Source of the DNA: a virus
IMG/VR virus record: IMGVR_UViG_3300008952_003220
Span: 32,001 to 96,000 of that record
Length of the DNA stretch: 64,000 nt
Strand: one strand, 5' to 3'
The notes under the pieces were generated by a model. It made no database searches. It was not told the DNA's origin and was given only the letters and a program-made list of their open reading frames with translations. The translations under genes and the position numbers were made by a program. Each line of letters opens with the position of its first letter. Position 1 is the stretch's first letter. Positions 57,787 to 64,000 of the stretch are shown one piece after another.

Positions 57787-59061
57787 ATGAAAGATTCAAC
57801 TTCAAGTGACATTCCGGCATTCCACGCCTCTGATGAGGAAGCAGAGAAATTTAATCTAGATCCTCATCTAGTTAATCTTCTACTTCACGAACCCTTCTTT
57901 AGCCATCTTCTTCGACGAATGTCCAAGGAGAAGACTGATGCTATTAGTACAGCAGGGGTCATTGTAAAGGATGAGTCTCTTTTCATGCTTTGGAATCCAA
58001 AGTTTCTGGCTTCTCTTGAATCTATTGAAGTCAGGGGCTTGCTTAAGCATGAGTGCTATCATCTAGTATTCAATCATTGCACGGGTAGAAGGCAAGAGCC
58101 TCCCCTGCTTTGGAACTGGGCTACAGATCTTGCAATCAATTCTTTAATTCCCTCTAGAGAGCTTCCAAAGATGGGACTTGTTCCAGGTCGTCCAATCGAT
58201 CTGACACATATTACAGATCCAGACCAGATTGAAAAGTGGAAGAAGCTATCTTCTTTTATTGAAGGTCTGCCTCTCAAGAAAGCATCTGAGTGGTATATGG
58301 AAATGATCAAGAGCAACAAAGAAGTCTCTAAGATGATTGAAGAGTCTGCTGCTGGTGGGATGATTCCCTTTGACGATCATGAAGGGTGGGGACAGCTTAG
58401 TGACGAAGAGAGGCAGATCCTCGAGGGAAAGATTAAGAGTGCTCTCTCTGAAGCAGTTAAGAAATGTGATAGGACTGGTCAGTGGGGATCTGTCTCTGCT
58501 TCAACCCAGTCTGAGCTAAGACAAATGGTTTCAGACTCTATCGACTGGAAGCGCGTTCTTCATAGCTTCTGTGGCAGATCTCAGCGTATGAATAAGGCAA
58601 GGACACACAAGAAGATTAATAGAAAGTATCCTTATATTCACCCTGGAACCAAAAAGGGCCACAGTGCAAACCTCGCAGTCTTCATTGATCAGTCAGGTTC
58701 TGTTAGCAATAGCGACCTTGAACTTTTCTTTGGTGCTCTAAACTCATTTGGTAGAATCACATCTTTCACCATCTTTCCCTTTGATACATCAGTAGATGAA
58801 AAAGGGTCAGTGAGGTGGAAGAGGGGAAAGAAGTTTCCGCCGAAGCGGACAAGATACGGAGGTACAAGCTTTCACGCTGTTGAAAGCTACATTAAGAAGA
58901 AAGGTGCTGAGTTTGATGGTCACATCATTCTAACAGACGGAGAGGCGTCAGATCCAGGTATCTCTGTTCAAAGAAGGTGCTGGGTTTTGCTTCCTGGGCA
59001 AAAGCTTCTCTTCAATCCACATCCCAGTGATTCGATTGTAGAAATGAAACAGGATACTTAG
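57787..59061 (+). CDS. metallopeptidase-like plus VWA domain protein (DUF2201-type MoxR partner)
   Basis: HECYH, WNWATDLAIN, DQSGS, GGT and LTDG. Confidence 0.88.
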   Translation: MKDSTSSDIPAFHASDEEAEKFNLDPHLVNLLLHEPFFSHLLRRMSKEKTDAISTAGVIVKDESLFMLWNPKFLASLESIEVRGLLKHECYHLVFNHCTGRRQEPPLLWNWATDLAINSLIPSRELPKMGLVPGRPIDLTHITDPDQIEKWKKLSSFIEGLPLKKASEWYMEMIKSNKEVSKMIEESAAGGMIPFDDHEGWGQLSDEERQILEGKIKSALSEAVKKCDRTGQWGSVSASTQSELRQMVSDSIDWKRVLHSFCGRSQRMNKARTHKKINRKYPYIHPGTKKGHSANLAVFIDQSGSVSNSDLELFFGALNSFGRITSFTIFPFDTSVDEKGSVRWKRGKKFPPKRTRYGGTSFHAVESYIKKKGAEFDGHIILTDGEASDPGISVQRRCWVLLPGQKLLFNPHPSDSIVEMKQDT

Positions 59062-59146
59062 CATCCCGTGTAAACTAAATAATATTGTTTTATAATGATA
59101 ATGTCAATCACGACAATTAATCCAATTAAATTGGGGGAAATATAAC

Positions 59147-59896
59147 ATGCGTCTTAATACCCGTGTTGATGAAATCGCTGTTGGAACTAATATCCTTGAT
59201 GTTGAGGTGCCTCAAAAGCTCCGGCGCAGGGTTCGTTCTGGCCTTACATACTTTGATGATGCACTTGGAGGTCTTGGATTTACTCCCTCTGCTGTTACTC
59301 TTTTTACTGGGACTCCTGGAGCCGGTAAGACAACTATGATGCTTGAGCTAGCAAATTCGTTGACGGGACACGGTAGCACAGTTCTGTTTAACACGGCTGA
59401 AGAGTCTCTCTACCAGCTTAAGATGACTGTTGAGCGTCTCAAGCTCCGGCACGGCTTCATTGCTGGTCAAGAGGCAATGGTTCCCAAGCTTCTTGAGAAT
59501 TGTGACAAGCTTCGAGCTCAAAATCCAGACAGCCCATTCTTCTTGATCATTGATAGCCTGCAATGCCTCAATGATGGCAAGTACGGAGAGCACAACACGA
59601 ACTCTCGAACCACGCAGCGGGCGTTGTGCATGATTACTGACTACTGCAAGGAGAACTTTTGCAATGCCATCGTCATTGGGCAGGTCACAAAAAGTGGACA
59701 GATGGCAGGTGCCAATGTCCTTAAGCACATGGTTGACTCTATGATGTCTCTAGACGTCGAGAGGAAGGATGAAGACCTGATGGGGTGTCGCGTTCTTACT
59801 ACTGAGAAAAATCGGTTTGGAGGAGCTGGGCACATCTTCTTCCTTGCTCTACGAGAAAAGGGCTTCACTGAGATGAGTCGAGTTTCTATCGGATAG
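59147..59896 (+). CDS. RadA/Sms-like ATPase core (no Zn finger, no Lon-like domain)
   Basis: GTPGAGKTT, IIDSLQ, GQVTKSG, LKHMVD and KNRFG. Confidence 0.85.
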   Translation: MRLNTRVDEIAVGTNILDVEVPQKLRRRVRSGLTYFDDALGGLGFTPSAVTLFTGTPGAGKTTMMLELANSLTGHGSTVLFNTAEESLYQLKMTVERLKLRHGFIAGQEAMVPKLLENCDKLRAQNPDSPFFLIIDSLQCLNDGKYGEHNTNSRTTQRALCMITDYCKENFCNAIVIGQVTKSGQMAGANVLKHMVDSMMSLDVERKDEDLMGCRVLTTEKNRFGGAGHIFFLALREKGFTEMSRVSIG

Positions 59897-59905
59897 AAAT
59901 ATGCT

Positions 59906-59934
59906 AAACAGCCCGGACTTCCCGGGCTGTTTTT
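59906..59934 (+). terminator. intrinsic terminator
   Basis: AAACAGCCCGG-ACTTC-CCGGGCTGTTTTT. Confidence 0.85.
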
Positions 59935-59980
59935 GTATTTGTCATATGAAAATCTCGACAATCTTTGGTATAATCATATA

Positions 59981-60193
59981 ATGAAGGATGAAATAGAACC
60001 ATGCCAGGGTGATCTAGTCTTGAGAAATGGAGAAACAGGGATTGTAATTAGACTCGGGGTTAGGAAAGTCTTCGATGTTGAGCTGGGTGAGTATTCAATT
60101 AATGAAGCTCAAGTTACAAGCTCGGTAGGGACAGCCTGGTGGCCAATAGAAGAATGCAAAGTTATCACTTACAATAAAGATGGAGAGAAATAA
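59981..60193 (+). CDS. SH3-like protein
   Basis: QGDLVL...GIVI. Confidence 0.6.
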   Translation: MKDEIEPCQGDLVLRNGETGIVIRLGVRKVFDVELGEYSINEAQVTSSVGTAWWPIEECKVITYNKDGEK

Positions 60194-60965
60194 AATGACT
60201 TATCTAGATAAAGAAATGACCAGAAAAGCTCTGAAGAACATGATGGGATTTCATCAAAATCTATGTGCTCAATTTTCTGACTGGGGAATGGACTTTAGAT
60301 CTAATCTTGGAAGAAGGAATGTTGTCATGTCACAAGCACAAGAGCATTTCTTTGCGAGGGAGCTATCTAAGTCGTTTAGGGATGTTGAATCAGATGGTAG
60401 AACAGGAAAGGCAGATATAGTCATCGGTGAGATATCGAAAGAGCTGGAGTGCAAGATGACATCCGGATCAGGGCAGTACAGGGCTTTCGCCCTTCAGACA
60501 GACTACGCCACACTAGAAAATAAAGAGTCGCTAGACTATCTATACGTTCTTGCTGATGAGAAGTTTAAGCAGTTTGCTGTTCTTCATTTTGAGAACCTTA
60601 CACCTGACGATTTTCATCTTCCCGCAAGTGGGTCACGCGGGAAAGCAAGAATGAAAAAAGAAAAAGCGATGAAGAGATGTAGGGTGCTTTGGGGATCTGC
60701 ACTATGTCGAAATCATTCAATGATAGACTCTATTGAGAAAAAAATAAGGAAATCTGTATCTGACTTAGACATCAGGGTCTTAGAGATTAGTGGAAGAATA
60801 TCCGCATGCTCGGACAGGGCTGTGAAGAAAAAACAAAATCTTATAAGAATGCTAGACAGAGAGACATCTAGGTATGAGAAAAAGATTAAAAAACTTTCTA
60901 AAAAAAGAGATTATTGGAAGACAATCACCCCTCAGTTTACATTTAATCTGGAGCCTCTGTCTTGA
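60180..60965 (+). CDS. PD-(D/E)xK restriction-endonuclease-like protein
   Basis: QE...ADIV...LECK core. Confidence 0.65.
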   Translation: MERNKMTYLDKEMTRKALKNMMGFHQNLCAQFSDWGMDFRSNLGRRNVVMSQAQEHFFARELSKSFRDVESDGRTGKADIVIGEISKELECKMTSGSGQYRAFALQTDYATLENKESLDYLYVLADEKFKQFAVLHFENLTPDDFHLPASGSRGKARMKKEKAMKRCRVLWGSALCRNHSMIDSIEKKIRKSVSDLDIRVLEISGRISACSDRAVKKKQNLIRMLDRETSRYEKKIKKLSKKRDYWKTITPQFTFNLEPLS

Positions 60966-61097
60966 AAGATGAACATCCGAGAAGGCAAATCAACCTAGAC
61001 ATTATAGCGTCTAGCTTGTCGCTTTCTTTTGTCGCCACTAGCATGATCGGTGTTCATTTAATAAAAGAAAATATAAAATTAGCTAGGAAAAAAACAA

Positions 61098-61244
61098 GTG
61101 ACAGAAGAAAAGAAATCAAACATAAATTTCGAAAAGCCTATCGAGCAAAGGGAGGAGTTGTTACATTTCTTCGAAGAGGAGCAGCAGCAATTAGATGTTC
61201 CTGATTTTGATGAGGAGATTGTCTGTGAGAATCCGTTTGTCTGA
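61098..61244 (+). CDS. 48-aa acidic protein (not in ORF track)
   Basis: GTG start after AGGA; VTEEKK...DFDEEIVCENPFV; ends before a terminator hairpin. Confidence 0.45.
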   Translation: MTEEKKSNINFEKPIEQREELLHFFEEEQQQLDVPDFDEEIVCENPFV

Positions 61245-61317
61245 TTTATCATAAAAAAGGCCCTAAGGGCCTTTTCATTATCTATTTTATGTCTATTTAT
61301 TATATAGGAGATGCTAA

Positions 61318-61596
61318 ATGGTAACACAGGAAGGTTCTCAGCTAAGTGATCAGGTTCTCGAAGAGATCGTCAGCGAGATGTTGATGGAGGAAGCCGAGCC
61401 CGGTTACATTCTTAGCGGTAGCGGCTGTGGGTGGTTTCTTGATCCTATGGCAAAGGAGATGGTCAGGCTGGAACGAGGAATTGAGCTGGTGCCTGTTACA
61501 GCAGATCCTGATGAGAGAGATCGAATACTTGTTAGAACACACACACGGTTTCTTCTAATTCCAGCTTCTGAGCTACAAGAGATTGGGTGGAATTAA
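61318..61596 (+). CDS. hypothetical protein
   Basis: 92 aa with AGGAG RBS; CTATTTA upstream. Confidence 0.7.
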   Translation: MVTQEGSQLSDQVLEEIVSEMLMEEAEPGYILSGSGCGWFLDPMAKEMVRLERGIELVPVTADPDERDRILVRTHTRFLLIPASELQEIGWN

Positions 61597-61666
61597 AAAG
61601 GTAATGTTCTTAGACGCAGAGTGATATTGCCTTCGTCGCTAGATATTTATTTCAGATGGCGTTTGG

Positions 61667-64000
61667 ATGAAGATTTCTAATAAAACATTACGTGAAATGA
61701 TACTGGCTGAGATAAGTAGCCAGATCCTTTTAGAGCAAGGTATGACAGGCATTCATAGCATGCCGAATTACGCAATTCCTCAAGGGCTCTCCGCCCAGCT
61801 TCAAGGGGGTACATCTGGTGCTCTATCCAGGCTTGCTAGCTCTAATCCGCTCAGAGCAGCAGGAAAAGCGCTTGGCGCTCAGATAGTCTACGCTGTTGGT
61901 GAGACACTCATTGAGCTTAGTGTTCAGAACTGGCTCGCCGAATATCGATTTCGTGTGATGATGGAGTCGTATCAAGCAGCTCTTAAGAGAATAATTACAA
62001 GAGCCTATGCTGCAACCGGGGAGACAGAACGCTACTGCGCATTGAGGTTTCCACGTACTCAGGGTGTCTATACAAACGAAGTGCTGGTAGATGCTCATGG
62101 GAGAGAGCATGAAATTGAGGGTGCTGCCCAGACAAGAGAATTTACTGATGTGATTGTGGCGGCTCCTGAGCAATATTCTGATCCTAGCTTGATTGATTCA
62201 TTTAAAGTTATTGATACAAGCACAGCCGAGACTCTTCCTCTCGAAAGTGCCCTTGGTCGCACAATTGCAACTAACATGTATGCTAGCTCTGGTGAACCTG
62301 TTGTTATTATTACACAAGATCTTGCAGGGCAGATTCGTTACGATCCAGATACTGGAAGGCCAGTGGAGTCGACTACAGCAGTTAGCTGCCCAGATTCAGA
62401 TCTATTTGATAGGGTGGATGATTCTGGGAGGCTAGTTGCTGCTGACCTGTGCTGGCCTGGTTTTAAGGCGATTATAGGTGATATATCTGCACAGGGAAGC
62501 GATGTCTATAACGGTGCGCTTAGAGATATATGGAATGAGGAGACAGATGTTGGACCCATTGCAAGCTCATATGCACCCTTTGAAAGAGAGACATTTACAT
62601 CTGTTTTTAACTTGCCCTGGGGCGGTCCGGATGTATATCAGATCTGGAATCAGGAAATGATTGATCAGTGGGATTACTTCTTTGAGAGGGTTAAGCAGCA
62701 GATGAGCCAGGATGTGGGCTATGGGGCTGACTTAGAGCATGAGCTTTTCTTAGGCTTTGACCTTGGAGAGCCTCCAGGCGGATGGGCACCGGGCTGCAGA
62801 GAAGTGCCTGGGTATCAAGAAGGTATCCAGGTTCCATATAAGGTAGACATCCAGGACATTGAAAACTATCCAGGGGATCCAGCTGAAGGCGGTGTTAGCC
62901 CAGCTGAGGCAGCTGCCCAAGGTCTTGAAACAAGCTGTCCCACACTAATTCGATGGGATGGAAACAGGATTTACTATAATTTTGAAGAGTGGAGAAGCGC
63001 ACCCGATTGCTCTTGGGCCCTGAGGGACACAGTTGTGCTTAGCCCGCATGACGGAAGAACGGGCATCAGTCAAATTGAATCAGCGCTAAATAGTGCCCTC
63101 GGTGATGGAGTATTCCAAGGTGTCCAGGTTGTCAAGTCACCAGAAGACAGACTGCAGGCTTCGGAAGCTGAGCTCCTAAGAAATGAGCAGGCAAGTTCAT
63201 TCTTGCGTTCTTATAGTAATTTTGCGCTAGTCACATTTAGAAATGATTTAGCAGGTGATTTTTCAGTCCGGGGCTTAGGGACTGGGTCACAGGCATCAGC
63301 TAGTGAGAAGATGCTGGCAAGAATCCAGATGGGAATTAATCGGTGGCTCATATCAATCTTTATAAACCCGCAGCTTCCAGTTCAGTCTGCATCTGAAGAG
63401 ACAGAACTCTCCACTAGAGCGTGGGTCGCCCAGATGGAAGAGATTTCGCTTGGGCCAAATGAGGTGGGGCAGTGGGGATCCCACACAGACTCGGTCGGCT
63501 CTGCAATCACCATGGCAATCAGAGGCGCAAACAGTCTTCTTGCTGACGGTGACTATGAAGATCAAGGTCTTTTACCTGTATTTAGGGACGAGATCCTGCA
63601 GAGAAATACTGTTATAGCTGGGATGGAAGCACAAGAAGATGAGCCTGGATCAGCTGAGTCCTTTATCTTGCCTCCTGACATAGAGTATAGACTGCTGGGT
63701 GTAAACAGAGACCCACAACATTCCGAAGCGGGATACTTTGCCTATGTTGCCCTAAAGGCTAGAAGAGAGTGGGGTGACTTTGATGGTGATGGTAGAATCA
63801 CAGCAATTGATAGGTTTTATGACCCAGACTCTGGTGAGACTATAGGTACAGAACAGCAAGAGATAGAGCGGGTCGGTGATGATGACACAATTGATGAGTG
63901 GAACAAGTTACAAGAACATAAGCTAAACAGGCTAATTGAGCAGAATGAATCTACTACAGCAAGACTTGCATTTGAAGAGATGAAGGAGGCTGTTCTCTCT
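61667..64000 (+). CDS. large tagged putative virion protein, at least 778 aa, runs off the window (not in ORF track)
   Basis: MKISNKTLREMILAEISSQILLEQ...; frame open to 64000; ATATTTA at 61643. Confidence 0.85.
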   Translation, partial: MKISNKTLREMILAEISSQILLEQGMTGIHSMPNYAIPQGLSAQLQGGTSGALSRLASSNPLRAAGKALGAQIVYAVGETLIELSVQNWLAEYRFRVMMESYQAALKRIITRAYAATGETERYCALRFPRTQGVYTNEVLVDAHGREHEIEGAAQTREFTDVIVAAPEQYSDPSLIDSFKVIDTSTAETLPLESALGRTIATNMYASSGEPVVIITQDLAGQIRYDPDTGRPVESTTAVSCPDSDLFDRVDDSGRLVAADLCWPGFKAIIGDISAQGSDVYNGALRDIWNEETDVGPIASSYAPFERETFTSVFNLPWGGPDVYQIWNQEMIDQWDYFFERVKQQMSQDVGYGADLEHELFLGFDLGEPPGGWAPGCREVPGYQEGIQVPYKVDIQDIENYPGDPAEGGVSPAEAAAQGLETSCPTLIRWDGNRIYYNFEEWRSAPDCSWALRDTVVLSPHDGRTGISQIESALNSALGDGVFQGVQVVKSPEDRLQASEAELLRNEQASSFLRSYSNFALVTFRNDLAGDFSVRGLGTGSQASASEKMLARIQMGINRWLISIFINPQLPVQSASEETELSTRAWVAQMEEISLGPNEVGQWGSHTDSVGSAITMAIRGANSLLADGDYEDQGLLPVFRDEILQRNTVIAGMEAQEDEPGSAESFILPPDIEYRLLGVNRDPQHSEAGYFAYVALKARREWGDFDGDGRITAIDRFYDPDSGETIGTEQQEIERVGDDDTIDEWNKLQEHKLNRLIEQNESTTARLAFEEMKEAVLS

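Noticed and set aside
60962-61204. 80-aa ORF in the track
   Set aside because: An overlapping frame (61098-61244) has an RBS-like signal and ends at the terminator, so it is preferred; both are uncertain
61823-63565. Several short ORFs on both strands
   Set aside because: They are shadows of the long ORF starting at 61667

Overview
This window is a gene-dense, AT-rich, almost entirely + strand segment of a very large tailed phage (jumbo/huge-phage type) using the standard genetic code. All calls come from motif reading by eye; no database searches were run. Recognisable content: DnaE-type DNA polymerase III alpha inside a nucleotide-metabolism cluster (two all-alpha dNTP pyrophosphatases, a divergent ThyX, a deoxyribosyltransferase-fold enzyme, a dNMP-kinase/ThyA-fold fusion, sugar epimerase, cupin, thymidine kinase, DHH phosphoesterase, dCMP deaminase); chaperones (DnaJ, GroEL, a second J-domain protein); a sigma70 factor, GreA, TilS, an IMPDH/GMPR-family enzyme and SOD; five intact tRNAs plus a tRNA 5' half; an HNH endonuclease; sulfo- and methyltransferases; a MoxR-VWA pair and a RadA-like ATPase; and many probable virion proteins that share an amphipathic N-terminal tag. 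The most notable observations are: (1) a sigma70 whose -35-reading region 4.2 helix-turn-helix appears to be a separate in-frame gene, matched by a non-canonical GTGTAA-N17-TAYAAT promoter class; (2) a candidate pyrimidine-modification pathway built on atypical ThyA and ThyX enzymes; (3) a 35-nt H-type RNA pseudoknot present twice with a compensatory change; (4) a tRNA cut at U33 and followed by a replacement tRNA-Leu plus HNH gene; (5) an ATANTTA late-promoter motif coupled to a putative capsid-targeting peptide on enzyme cargo.
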